DNA of 64,000 nt, taken from a virus (lineage: Duplodnaviria > Caudoviricetes). Under the pieces are notes generated by a model that saw only the letters and a list, made by a program, of their open reading frames with translations, had not been told where the DNA came from and did not search any database. The stretch is taken from the IMG/VR virus record IMGVR_UViG_3300046170_000323, one strand, 5' to 3'. A program made the translations under genes and the position numbers. The stretch's first letter is position 1. Each line of letters starts with the position of its first letter. Below, piece after piece: positions 1 through 10,150 of this stretch.

Positions 1-1
1 T

Positions 2-331
2 GCATTCAAAAAGATGCCGATAGAAATACAGAAACAAAAACCTCGTTCTGTTCTCCAACACAACTACCACAAGTACGTTGTACGTTTTGAGGATCGGGAG
101 ACTCGTGACTTTATTAAGAAGTCTATAAAACAAACAGGGAAGTTCAAACCAGCTGTTCACTACGGTTGTCCACTTTCAGATCATGGTTGTTTTGATAACA
201 TAAACTTTCGTAAAGATGACACGCCTAATTCCAAGACCGCATCACAGACGATAATGTCACTACCTATCCATCCTTTCCTTACAGACGATGAGATAAATAC
301 CGTTATAGAATCAATCGTGGGAATATTATAG
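2..331 (+). CDS. DegT/DnrJ/EryC1/StrS sugar aminotransferase, C-terminal part (5' truncated by window)
   Basis: Frame open from base 2; C-terminal motifs YHKYVVR, VHY and SLPIHPFLTDDE typical of the family. Confidence 0.8.
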   Translation, partial: AFKKMPIEIQKQKPRSVLQHNYHKYVVRFEDRETRDFIKKSIKQTGKFKPAVHYGCPLSDHGCFDNINFRKDDTPNSKTASQTIMSLPIHPFLTDDEINTVIESIVGIL

Positions 332-332
332 T

Positions 333-1145
333 ATGAGTTCAGAAAAATTTGGATTTGGTATCGACTTCTATTTGACAAAGTCGTGTAACAAATCTTGCCA
401 TTATTGTACTGCATGGACAACTGAGATGAGAAATCTCGACATTGACATGGAGTTCGCAGCCCCTCTTCTTAAATGGTTATCACCATACAAAGCAAGAATC
501 AATCTTCTTGGTGGAGAACCTGCACTTACAAACAACTTAGATGAGATGATTGCAGAGATTAAGAAGTATCCTAATCTCACACCAGTTGTATTGTCTAACA
601 GTTTGATCAGAAAATTTTACCCTCACATCTTAGAAGATCCAGCCGTCCACTATGTGGAACATTTGGTATTGGACTTCTATGAAGATCGTATTGAGAAGTT
701 GGGCAACTATGACTTCCTAGAGGAAAACGAGAATAATAATTACAATGTGATTATCATGACTCCTAACTTCGAATTGTATAAGAAGAAACATGGACTCATG
801 GAACTGCATCACAAGAATACCTTGTTTAAAGAGTACAACTCAAGATCGCCCACTTACTCTACATTTGATCAGGAACCAGAGATGGTGAGACGTTTGTGTT
901 CTCTCTTCCCTCGTGTTCCAGTAATTGATTTTGAAATGAAAAAAATCCGACACTGTAGTAAAAAAGTTATCAACGGTTCTCGTCACTTTGATGTGACACA
1001 GGAGAACATTGATAAGATGATGAACTTCGATCTATTTGAATTCGAAAAGTACTGTCAAATGTGTACAGAGAAACTGTCTCGCAGAGGTAGTAAGATTGAA
1101 GCAGTGATGATGGATAAAATACTTGATAGGATGACAACAGCGTAA
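333..1145 (+). CDS. radical SAM protein
   Basis: CNKSCHYC (CxxxCxxC) and LLGGEP motifs. Confidence 0.8.
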   Translation: MSSEKFGFGIDFYLTKSCNKSCHYCTAWTTEMRNLDIDMEFAAPLLKWLSPYKARINLLGGEPALTNNLDEMIAEIKKYPNLTPVVLSNSLIRKFYPHILEDPAVHYVEHLVLDFYEDRIEKLGNYDFLEENENNNYNVIIMTPNFELYKKKHGLMELHHKNTLFKEYNSRSPTYSTFDQEPEMVRRLCSLFPRVPVIDFEMKKIRHCSKKVINGSRHFDVTQENIDKMMNFDLFEFEKYCQMCTEKLSRRGSKIEAVMMDKILDRMTTA

Positions 1146-2745
1146 TGGCACAGATCTTTGCCCAACCCCTAAACTTACATGATCATAACACATTCGACGG
1201 AAAGACACACATACAGTACGAGAGATACCCTGTATCATATCGTCGTAAACACTGTCACTGGCGGATAAAATATAACGAGAAGAATCCAGAACATCTCAGA
1301 ATGTTGGATCAACAAATTCCTTTTCAAAACATGTATAATGAATTGTTTGATCAAAACGCTGACTCTGAAACTATCCTCGCAATGAACCACACACTGAATG
1401 GTCTGAAACTGTACGGTGCGGATAGGTTCATTGAGAAGTTCGATGAATTTGGTAAAGATACCATTGGGTTCAATCCAAAAAACTTGTGGGACTATCAGGC
1501 ACAGGGTAATGTGTATTACACTGATCACCACCTCGCCCATGCAGCGCACACGTTCTTGTCTTCTGGTTACGAAGAGTCAGATATTTTTATCATCGATGGC
1601 GGTGGTAATATGTTCCGTTCTATCTTCGTTGACTCTAAAAAACAAGAAGTCGTTGATCTAAGTGATCATCTACCACTGGGTTGGTTGTGGAATGTCATGA
1701 CAAAAATTGGAGACTTTGGTGTACTTCAAGAAGGTAAACTTATGGGCCTCTGTAGGGTTACGGTAAGTTCGACATTCGTTGGTATGAGATATTCCATCTT
1801 ATGTTTGAAGAGTTCTGGAATCAGGCAGGTAAGTATTGGCCAGATCATCCATACTTCGAATCCTTCATGAAGAATGATAGTTGGAAAGTTGACATGGCTC
1901 ATACTCTACAACAGTTTACCTTAGATAAGATTGAAGAGATTGTATTACCATTGAAGACATCTAACAACCTATGTGTTGCAGGGGGTGTTGCATACAACGG
2001 TTATATGAACGAGATGTTAACCAAACACTGGGATAACGTTTATGTACCTTGTGCGCCTGGCGATGAGGGACAATCTATTGGTCTGTACATGCACGCTAAC
2101 TATGTTCTCAATGGAGAGGTAGACATCCCACCAATTTATATGGGGGATGAGTACGAAGTCGATCCACAGATCTTTGAAGGTTTGTCTGCAGAAGAGATGG
2201 ACTTTGATGACATCTGTTTAGTCGTTGCAAAAGAGATTGCGAATGGTGCAACAGTTGGTTGGCATCAAGGACGTGCGGAGAGTGGTAATCGTGCACTGGG
2301 TAATCGTAGTATTCTTGCAGATCCACGTGATGCTAGAATCAAAGACATTATCAATGGACGTATCAAGATGCGTGAAGACTTCCGTCCGTTTGCACCTAGT
2401 GTTCTGGTTGAACATTATCAAGACTATTTCGATACAAACCAACCAAGTCCATTCATGTCACGTATCATGCCTGTCAAGGAAGATAAGAAAGAGGTAATCC
2501 CTGGCGTCACTCACGTCGATGGAACCGCTCGTATCCAGACTGTTGATAAAGAGACTAATGAGAGATACTACAAAGTTATCGATGCATTCTATAAAGAGAC
2601 AGGTGTTCCTATGCTTGTTAACACCAGTTTCAATTGTCAAGAACCTGTGGTGGAGACACCGAAGAATGCAGTGGATACATTCAAGAGAACAGGACTTGAT
2701 ATTCTTGTGGTAGGGAATTGGCTAGTTAGAAAATGGAAAAAATAA
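1145..2745 (+). CDS. carbamoyltransferase (NodU/CmcH family), split by probable sequence indel near 1750-1757
   Basis: HHLAHAA, IDGGG and EGKLMGL in ORF 1145-1870; AGGVAYNG, GDEGQSIG, GRAESGNRALGNRSILADPR, FRPFAPSV and NTSFN in ORF 1801-2745; GYG resumes after a frame change. Confidence 0.85.
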
Positions 2746-3452
2746 ACTTATATAATAACACCATAGATCTTGACTATATGCGAACGTTAGTCAAATTTGG
2801 AGAAAGGTTTCCAGATCGTCAAAGTGATATCTGGGACTCTGTTTCTGCAAATCAGTTTGTTTCTAAAAAAGAACTGTTGACAACCATACTAGAAAGTGGT
2901 ATATTAACAGAGAAACTAACGGTAATAGTTATTGGATCTTGGTATGGATCTATCATCGTTCCTGTAATTGCGCCTTTGGTGAAGAAAGTAGTCTTGTTTG
3001 ATATTGACGAACAGACAACACATATGGCGTCAAACCTACACGATTATGATAACTGTGTTTACAGTACAGTGGACGTTACAAAATATAAGTCTGGAGAATT
3101 CGACACCGACGATCTGTTAATTATAAACACATCGTGTGAACATATGCAATCTATGTGTGATGTATTGGCACTTCAAAAATGCCCTTGGAATCACAAAAGA
3201 ACGCACTTTGCGTTTCAATCAAATAACATGTACGGTATCGAAGGACATGTGAACTGTAAAGACACAATAGATGATTTTAAGAAAGAACTGCCACCTCGTC
3301 ATCTAATTTTAAAACAACAAGGAATAACTGAAGAACGTGGCACCAGATATTTCTTATTCGGCATGTTACCGCCCAATCAATCGATGAGGTCAGATGGATC
3401 ACGTCAGTTGAATTTGAGGCAGAGAACAGAGCAAGGGGTTAAAAGAAAATGA
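2733..3452 (+). CDS. class I SAM-dependent methyltransferase-like protein
   Basis: VIVIGSWYG glycine loop followed by LFDID; INTSCEHM motif. Confidence 0.55.
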   Translation: MEKINLYNNTIDLDYMRTLVKFGERFPDRQSDIWDSVSANQFVSKKELLTTILESGILTEKLTVIVIGSWYGSIIVPVIAPLVKKVVLFDIDEQTTHMASNLHDYDNCVYSTVDVTKYKSGEFDTDDLLIINTSCEHMQSMCDVLALQKCPWNHKRTHFAFQSNNMYGIEGHVNCKDTIDDFKKELPPRHLILKQQGITEERGTRYFLFGMLPPNQSMRSDGSRQLNLRQRTEQGVKRK

Positions 3453-3985
3453 GTAATTTAAAAGAACTTACATGGGAACATCATGAGAAGGCTGAGACAT
3501 CTCAGTTCGCAACAACACTGATGAGTGGTGATATTACACCAAAAGAGTATCAGGAGTATTTGTTCAATCAGATGGTTTGTTATGGTGCACTTGAAGGTGC
3601 AGTAGATCTACCAGAAGAATACAAACGTGTGTTTCGTGCAAACGCAATCTTTGAAGACATGCATGAACTGATGAAAGAATTCAATCTTCAACCGATTGAA
3701 ACTGCACTAGAAACAACTGTAGAATACGTGAACTATATTGAGAGCATTAAGAATGATAACCATCGTCTTCTTGCACACTTGTATGTACGTCATTTTGGTG
3801 ACTTGCATGGTGGTCAGATGATCTCAAAGAAAGTGCCAGGCAGTGGTAAGTATTATCAGTTCGAAGATAGATATGAACTAATCAAAGGGATGCGTACATT
3901 ACTTGATGATTCGATGGCAGACGAAGCAAGAATTTGTTTTGATTTTGCATTTCGATCTTTCGAGGAAATGAGCACAGATGAGTGA
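3449..3985 (+). CDS. heme oxygenase (HemO/Ho1-like)
   Basis: LKELTWEHHEKAE proximal His helix; LAHLYVRHFGDLHGGQMI distal helix. Confidence 0.9.
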   Translation: MSNLKELTWEHHEKAETSQFATTLMSGDITPKEYQEYLFNQMVCYGALEGAVDLPEEYKRVFRANAIFEDMHELMKEFNLQPIETALETTVEYVNYIESIKNDNHRLLAHLYVRHFGDLHGGQMISKKVPGSGKYYQFEDRYELIKGMRTLLDDSMADEARICFDFAFRSFEEMSTDE

Positions 3986-4658
3986 GCACGCTGATAAGTT
4001 AAAAGGATTCGCATTTTTTCTCGAAACACAATTCGATAAATACCTCAACCAATGGGATAATAAAAAACACTTCCAACACCTTCATGGGTGGCAAGATGAT
4101 TTTTGGAATAGTGATCTCGTTGAAAAATGTCATCTTAAAACGATTGACTTGTTAGAAGAACGTAAACTATGGTTACTACATCTTAATATATTTCCACGGC
4201 CAGGCTGGGACATCCCTATCCTTGGTTGTGATATTGTTGCAGGCCCTAATAAGATTAGTGGTGCGTTCTTTGATTTTTCTCCAGTTGTCCATGACGATCA
4301 CGAAATGTGTAAACACTTCAATGATCAGACACAAAAGTTTACTTGGAAGAAACCACGTGAACTGCCTCCTTGGGCAAAGGAGATCTTCAGTGACCACATG
4401 ATGGCAATCGGAAACGTGCGTGGTGAGGAAACAGATAACTTCCTTCTTGCCATTTCCCAATTAATATGTTATTATCTAAAGAACATGGAAGATAAAGCAG
4501 TGCAGGTAGATTTCTCTACACGAGAGATCCTCAACAAGTATTGTATTAATCAGAAGAAGAATGATCAGTTGCACAACAGTATACGTGCAATGGGTATCAG
4601 TGACGAAGCAAAAGACTACTATGTAAACAACGTATTATTTGAAGAGATCAATGACTAA
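3978..4658 (+). CDS. pcyX: ferredoxin-dependent bilin reductase, PcyX/PcyA-like
   Basis: LHLNIFP, PILGCDIV, FFDFSPV and RELPPWAKEIFS motifs; overlaps heme oxygenase; PcyX versus PcyA not resolved without phylogeny. Confidence 0.75.
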   Translation: MSEHADKLKGFAFFLETQFDKYLNQWDNKKHFQHLHGWQDDFWNSDLVEKCHLKTIDLLEERKLWLLHLNIFPRPGWDIPILGCDIVAGPNKISGAFFDFSPVVHDDHEMCKHFNDQTQKFTWKKPRELPPWAKEIFSDHMMAIGNVRGEETDNFLLAISQLICYYLKNMEDKAVQVDFSTREILNKYCINQKKNDQLHNSIRAMGISDEAKDYYVNNVLFEEIND

Positions 4659-5415
4659 AACTTTACTTACCCTTGGGGATAGTTGGACAGACAGTGAATA
4701 TCCTGGCTATGCACCCAACGGTGTAGTAACTTGGGCTGAACAAGTAATAGAAAAGATGGAAGGTTGGAAACTCGTCAACCTTGCACAAGAAGCATCTGGT
4801 AATGAAAAAATTATGAAGACTGGTGTAGACTATCTTCGTGACAATACACCAGATGCAATCTGCGTGTTGTGGTCAGAACAACATAGAGAGGATTTCTACA
4901 ATCGTCATAACTTGATGCCTATCTCTGCAATGTATAATAAATCGTGTGATCCGAAGACTACAGAGATATACAACGTTGAGGCGGTTTATGATTCTCTTGT
5001 GAATACAAACTTACACTTAAATGTACCTAAAGAATATTTTAGAAACCTGTACATTCTTCAAAGTTTTGCAGACATGAAGGGTATACCGATATATCACGGA
5101 CAGGGTACTAAGTTGTGGTCGAAATGGATCTACAATAAGGTGGGAATGAAAGTTGGAAACCGATTGTGGCGAGAATGGTTAACTGCATTCATAGAGTGTG
5201 AGTACTTTGAGATGTTTGATAAAGATCACAAAAACTTTGTGGGATGGCCTATGCAACATGGTATTACCAGTAAGGGGTTTGCTTTCACCGAAAGGTTTGA
5301 TGGTAGACACAGAATATCTGGTGATGATCCACACCCTAATACAAAGGGACATGAAATGATTGCTTATGAGTTCTTGAAGAAACTAAAGGCAAAGGAAACA
5401 ATCGTCAATGCCTAA
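4639..5415 (+). CDS. SGNH/GDSL hydrolase-family protein
   Basis: GDSWT block I, GN block II, DPHPNTKGH block V. Confidence 0.8.
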   Translation: MKRSMTKTLLTLGDSWTDSEYPGYAPNGVVTWAEQVIEKMEGWKLVNLAQEASGNEKIMKTGVDYLRDNTPDAICVLWSEQHREDFYNRHNLMPISAMYNKSCDPKTTEIYNVEAVYDSLVNTNLHLNVPKEYFRNLYILQSFADMKGIPIYHGQGTKLWSKWIYNKVGMKVGNRLWREWLTAFIECEYFEMFDKDHKNFVGWPMQHGITSKGFAFTERFDGRHRISGDDPHPNTKGHEMIAYEFLKKLKAKETIVNA

Positions 5416-6179
5416 ACTTCTCGCAGTGGGATGCAGTTGGACAGATCAGAACTACAACACTCCAGTTAACGACGAACATGGTATAAAGACATGGCCGACA
5501 CTTCTTGGTGATTCCTTGGGGTACGAAACCGTTAACATGGGCATATCTGGTTCTGGTAACAACAGTATCATGAAACAGGCAATCAATGGTATCCACAGAG
5601 AGAATCCCGATTTGATCTGTGTCTTGTGGTCGAACCAAGGCAGAATTGATCTATGGAACTTCGAACACCTCTTGCCATTCAATCTATTTTTTGGTAATAT
5701 ACAGAATATAGAAAGGTGGTCATCGCTTAACTCAAAAGTTTGCGGCCACGATGGTAAGGAGACTTATACACGATGAGGAAGATTTAAATGTTATTGACGA
5801 GTTCTTTAGAAATATGTTTATTCTTAATGACATTGCAACTCATAGGAACATACCGATATACTTTGGTACGGCTATAAAAATATGGCCTCACACTCATTAT
5901 AAGGTTCAAAGCAAGAACGTTGATGAGGTTAAACGATATAAAAGATTCATGAAAGAGTGGATTAGAAACTCCTACTTTAATGAGTTCGATAAGAAGAAGT
6001 ATAAAGAAAAATTTATCGGGTGGCCATGGTTAGAAGAAGCGGGTGGTTTTACGATGGAAGAATTGTTGAAAGATAAAGATCGAAATCCGATACATCGTAT
6101 CTCAGTAGAAGATACTCACCCCAATGCAAAAGGACACGAGGTAATCGCAAATGAGTTTCTTAAGAAGATTAAAATATAA
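5408..6179 (+). CDS. second SGNH/GDSL hydrolase-family protein, split by probable extra G at 5744-5745
   Basis: GCSWT and GSGN in ORF 5408; DTHPNAKGH in ORF 5751; paralogous to upstream gene. Confidence 0.75.
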
Positions 6180-6257
6180 AATCCGAATTTTTTTCGCAAG
6201 ATGGGATAAAGATGAGGAACCAGAAACATTCATCTATGAAGAGGAAGATACAGGCAA

Positions 6258-6512
6258 ATGAATACAACTGTGGTGTCACTAACACCAGAAAAAATACATC
6301 ACGCTATTGCAGAACAAATCGCAAGAGGCGTACCATACATTGACGCATTGATTACTTACGCAGAAAAGAACAATCTGGAAATAGAATCTGTGGCTGATGT
6401 GATTAAAAAGTCCTCTATTCTAAAGGAAAAGATTCGCAGAGAGGCAACTGAACTTAGAATGGTAAAGAAACCCGAAGAAGAACAGCTTGATGTAACAACA
6501 TTATGTGATTGA
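6258..6512 (+). CDS. 33: gp33-like late promoter transcription co-activator
   Basis: YIDALITYAEKNNLEIESVADVI...LKEKIRREA pattern; lies just upstream of gp59-gp32. Confidence 0.75.
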   Translation: MNTTVVSLTPEKIHHAIAEQIARGVPYIDALITYAEKNNLEIESVADVIKKSSILKEKIRREATELRMVKKPEEEQLDVTTLCD

Positions 6513-7215
6513 TATGGCCAACTTGGAACCTCTAGGACTTCGATCATCAGAAGATCCCATTGAAAATATTAAAACAGTACTTGACAACTATGACCATATT
6601 GGTATATGGTTGAGTGGTGGTGCAGACTCAGCGTTGGGTTTGTATTTACTTCAGATGTATAATACGAATACAACTATCTTGCCTTTGCATGGTATGGACA
6701 TTCGTAGATGGAGAGATGGTCAAACAAAACTTTCTGAGGGTGCAACTGAAGACATCATAAAGGTGATAAGGAAAAGACAACCAGAAAAGTCTCATCTACT
6801 TCACGATATGTATTGTTTTGATTATGAAAAAGAGGACTGGGAGACTAAGGCAAAATATCACCAACCAGTTGAAGATGGACTACGTGCAGATGGGACAATA
6901 CAAGTCGCACTTAATTTTGTGACAAAGAACCCTCCAATCCAACTCCATAATCAACAAGAACCACGTAGAGATAATAAGAAAGCAAAGGTTCGGAGACCTT
7001 TCGCTCGACGTGATAAAAAATGGGTTGCAAGTTTGTATGAAGAATATGACTTGATGAAAGACCTATTCCCACTAACTGTATCTTGCATTTCGCCATGGGA
7101 TGAACCATGCAAACAATGTTTCTGGTGCAAGGAAAAGAAGTGGGCTTTTGGAATGTATGATGGTGGAATTAAAAATGATCGAATTACCAAAATATATAAA
7201 CGACGAGTCGTATAA
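6505..7215 (+). CDS. QueC-like PP-loop (adenine nucleotide alpha-hydrolase) protein
   Basis: LSGGADS PP-loop; C-terminal SC...PCKQCFWC Cys cluster. Confidence 0.65.
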   Translation: MIDMANLEPLGLRSSEDPIENIKTVLDNYDHIGIWLSGGADSALGLYLLQMYNTNTTILPLHGMDIRRWRDGQTKLSEGATEDIIKVIRKRQPEKSHLLHDMYCFDYEKEDWETKAKYHQPVEDGLRADGTIQVALNFVTKNPPIQLHNQQEPRRDNKKAKVRRPFARRDKKWVASLYEEYDLMKDLFPLTVSCISPWDEPCKQCFWCKEKKWAFGMYDGGIKNDRITKIYKRRVV

Positions 7216-7771
7216 GGTATACGTAACATACCTTGCAATGAAGAGACATTTCACTTCACCAAAGTACGATTATCATAAATATAATGGTAGAGTAAGTGCA
7301 TCGTTTGACTCTTTTAAGAAGCGAACGGATGCATATTATTTTGCAAAACTGTCAAAGAATGATGACTATGAGAACGTCCTTCTCGCACACATGATCAAGA
7401 ATCCAAACACTTGGATACGAGACGTTGTCGAGGATGACTACATTTACTTTGACTGGAAGAAAAAGATAGATGCGCTTGGCTATACCTTCAAGTCTGAACT
7501 CAAAAATTTAGACGACGACTGGAAGACAAATTTCATATCGCATGGTGGACAACACCCTTTGATTTTGACGTTGCGTTTGCAACAGAAGATCTCCTTGGAG
7601 ACGTTTACCATATTGACCCATGTCGCAAATATTTTTGATTATTGGGAGCAGAATTTGCTTGACAAATACGTGGCTTCTGATATAATACAACAATCAAGAA
7701 AGTACTTTCCCTTCTTGATGTTGGATGTGAAACGATTCAAGACTATGGTCAAGGATCACTTTGACATATAA
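7175..7771 (+). CDS. 59: gp59 helicase loader
   Basis: YLAMKRHFTSPKYDYHKYNG and ISLETF motifs; immediately upstream of gp32; start moved to ATG 7175. Confidence 0.85.
   Translation: MIELPKYINDESYKVYVTYLAMKRHFTSPKYDYHKYNGRVSASFDSFKKRTDAYYFAKLSKNDDYENVLLAHMIKNPNTWIRDVVEDDYIYFDWKKKIDALGYTFKSELKNLDDDWKTNFISHGGQHPLILTLRLQQKISLETFTILTHVANIFDYWEQNLLDKYVASDIIQQSRKYFPFLMLDVKRFKTMVKDHFDI
7659..7686 (+). promoter_or_regulatory. sigma70-type promoter upstream of gp32
   Basis: TTGACA-16 nt-TATAAT. Confidence 0.55.
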
Positions 7772-7800
7772 CACAACGCAAATACAACGTAATACAACGC
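7770..7800 (+). repeat. three imperfect AAYACAACG repeats in the gp32 leader
   Basis: aacacaacgc aaatacaacgt aatacaacgc just before AAGGAG RBS. Confidence 0.7.
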
Positions 7801-7817
7801 TATAAAGGAGAATAATT

Positions 7818-8762
7818 ATGGCATCAGACTTTAACGCACTCAAGAAGAACCGTTCTAAGTCACTAGACAAGTTGAATGCTCAACTTGACAAAATCACCAC
7901 AAAATCATATGCAGATCCCAATGAAGGGAAGTTTTGGAAACCAACTCGTGACAAAGCGGGTAATGGGTTTGCAATCATTCGTTTCTTGGCACCAACCCAA
8001 GGGGAAGAAGTGCCGTTTGTACGTATCTGGGATCATGGTTTCCAAGGGCCAACAGGTCAGTGGTATATCGAAAACTCTCTGACTACACTGAATCAAGACG
8101 ATCCAGTATCAGAGTATAACTCAAAACTGTGGAACTCTGGTGTGGAGTCCGACAAGGAACTCGCACGTAAACAGAAACGTCGACTGAAGTATGTGTCGAA
8201 CATCTTGGTGATCAAGGATTCAGCGAATCCTGAGAACGAAGGTCAAGTCTTCATGTACCAGTACGGTAAGAAGATCTTTGATAAACTCAACGATCTGATG
8301 AACCCTCAGTTTGAGGACGAGACTCCAGTAAACCCATTCGACTTCTGGGAAGGTGCAAACTTCCGTCTGAAGATTCGTAAGTTCGAAGGTTACCCAAACT
8401 ATGACAAGTCAGAGTTTGATGCGCCATCACCACTATTCGAAGATGATGCAGAAATCGAATCAGTATGGCAAAAGCAACACAAGTTGCAAGACCTTCTGGA
8501 TCCGTCAAACTTCAAATCATATTCTGAGTTGAAGGAAAAGTTGTACCGTGTCCTCGCATTGGATGACGCTGGCCCAACTGCACCTAGTGCATATGATGAT
8601 GAAGACGATGGACTGAATCTTGGGGCATCAATGCCTTCATCCGCTCCTACTCCATCACCTACGATGGCGGACGAGATCCCTTTTGATACCGCTCCTAGTT
8701 CAATGAATGTTGATGACGATGATGATGATCTTTCAATCTTCAAGGAACTCGCTAAAGGATAA
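7818..8762 (+). CDS. 32: gp32 single-stranded DNA-binding protein
   Basis: FWKPTRDKAGNGFAIIRFL, GQWYIENSLTTL, NPFDFWEGANF; acidic tail. Confidence 0.97.
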   Translation: MASDFNALKKNRSKSLDKLNAQLDKITTKSYADPNEGKFWKPTRDKAGNGFAIIRFLAPTQGEEVPFVRIWDHGFQGPTGQWYIENSLTTLNQDDPVSEYNSKLWNSGVESDKELARKQKRRLKYVSNILVIKDSANPENEGQVFMYQYGKKIFDKLNDLMNPQFEDETPVNPFDFWEGANFRLKIRKFEGYPNYDKSEFDAPSPLFEDDAEIESVWQKQHKLQDLLDPSNFKSYSELKEKLYRVLALDDAGPTAPSAYDDEDDGLNLGASMPSSAPTPSPTMADEIPFDTAPSSMNVDDDDDDLSIFKELAKG

Positions 8763-8768
8763 GACGGT

Positions 8769-9084
8769 ATGAGTAGTAAACAAACTTCTGATATTATCGA
8801 TTTCGATTTTGGATTCAGCTTTATTGATGATGAAATCGAAGAGGTAAAAGAAAAAAGCAGCGTCCGCTGAGGGCACTGCTGAAGAACTTGAAACACAACT
8901 CAGTAATCTCATGAATGAGAAGATTAGCTTAGAAGCAAGACTGGATAAACTGTTTAACTCAGTTGTTCCCTTCCTTGACAATCTATGTAAATCACCAGAG
9001 AAGAGTACAATTTTCTGGCCTGATCGTGTTGACAAGATCGACAACTACAAACAAAAGTTAAAGGCTATCGCTGAAGGAGATTAA
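8769..9084 (+). CDS. hypothetical protein (about 104 aa), split by probable extra A at 8851-8856
   Basis: ATG 8769 MSSKQTSDIIDFDFGFSF; removing one A gives an open frame to TAA 9084, filling the gp32-uvsX gap; absent from ORF track. Confidence 0.6.
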
Positions 9085-9085
9085 G

Positions 9086-10150
9086 GTGAGTCTATTAGAT
9101 AAAATGCTCAAATCAGGAGCAGTGAAGACTTCTTCAATTCTTTCTAAGTCAAAGTTTTTCGAGGCGAAGGATCCCATTCAAACGGAACTTCCCATCGTTA
9201 ACATTGCATTTAGTGGATCATTGAAGGGGGGATTAATCCCCGGCCTAACTGTAGTTGCAGGGCAGTCAAAGTCATTTAAGACTTTGCTGTCTCTGTACTG
9301 CATGAAGGCATATCTAGATAAGTACGAAGAAGGCGTGGCATTATTGTACGACTCTGAGTATGGTATTACACCAGAATATCTAGAAAGTTACAACATCGAC
9401 ACCAACCGTGTTATACATATTCCTGTAGAAGATGTTGAACAACTAAAGTTCGACATCACTAAGAGGTTGGACGAAGTAGACAAAGGTGATCGTGTATTCG
9501 TCATGATTGACTCTGTTGGTAATCTTGCATCTAAGAAAGAAGTCGAAGACGCTAAGAACGAGAAGGCAGTTGCCGACATGTCTCGTGCGAAAGCGTTGAA
9601 GTCTCTCTTCCGCATTATTACACCTAAGTTGACTGCAAAAGACATCCCTTGTCTTGCAATCAACCACGTCTATCAGGAAATCGGAATGTTTCCTAAGGCG
9701 ATTGTATCTGGTGGAACTGGTATCTATTACTCCGCAAACCAAATCTTTATCATCTCTAAATCGCAAGAGAAGGATGGTACAGATCTCGCAGGGTTTAAGT
9801 TTACTATCAACATCGAAAAGTCACGCTTCGTGAAAGAGAAGTCCAAACTTCCATTCACAGTTCTCTATGAGTCAGGTATTCAGAAGTGGTCATCATTATT
9901 TGACCTCGCACTGGACGCAGGGTTCATTGCCAAATCTACACAGGGATGGTATAATCTCGTAGATATGGATAGCGGTGAAGTTATCGAACCACGTCGACGT
10001 TTGAAAGATATCGAACAAGATGACGCATTCTTTGAGAAATTGGTTGCCAACGATGACTTTAACGTGTATATTGAGCGCAAGTTTAAATTAAACATGGCAC
10101 AGGCTGAAGATGATAGAAACAACGATACTGACGAACCTGATTCTGAATGA
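9086..10150 (+). CDS. uvsX: UvsX RecA-like recombinase
   Basis: AGQSKSFKT Walker A, YDSEYG, IDSVGNL, SGGTG motifs. Confidence 0.95.
   Translation: MSLLDKMLKSGAVKTSSILSKSKFFEAKDPIQTELPIVNIAFSGSLKGGLIPGLTVVAGQSKSFKTLLSLYCMKAYLDKYEEGVALLYDSEYGITPEYLESYNIDTNRVIHIPVEDVEQLKFDITKRLDEVDKGDRVFVMIDSVGNLASKKEVEDAKNEKAVADMSRAKALKSLFRIITPKLTAKDIPCLAINHVYQEIGMFPKAIVSGGTGIYYSANQIFIISKSQEKDGTDLAGFKFTINIEKSRFVKEKSKLPFTVLYESGIQKWSSLFDLALDAGFIAKSTQGWYNLVDMDSGEVIEPRRRLKDIEQDDAFFEKLVANDDFNVYIERKFKLNMAQAEDDRNNDTDEPDSE

Noticed and set aside
333-1145. Radical SAM protein as QueE of a deazaguanine pathway
   Set aside because: Lacks the QueE-type VFVR.xGC context and sits among sugar-tailoring genes
3449-4658. Classifying the phage as a cyanophage because of bilin genes
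   Set aside because: No photosystem, hli or cyanophage carbon genes in the window, and a C4-pathway hemA is present; an alphaproteobacterial host fits better (inference)
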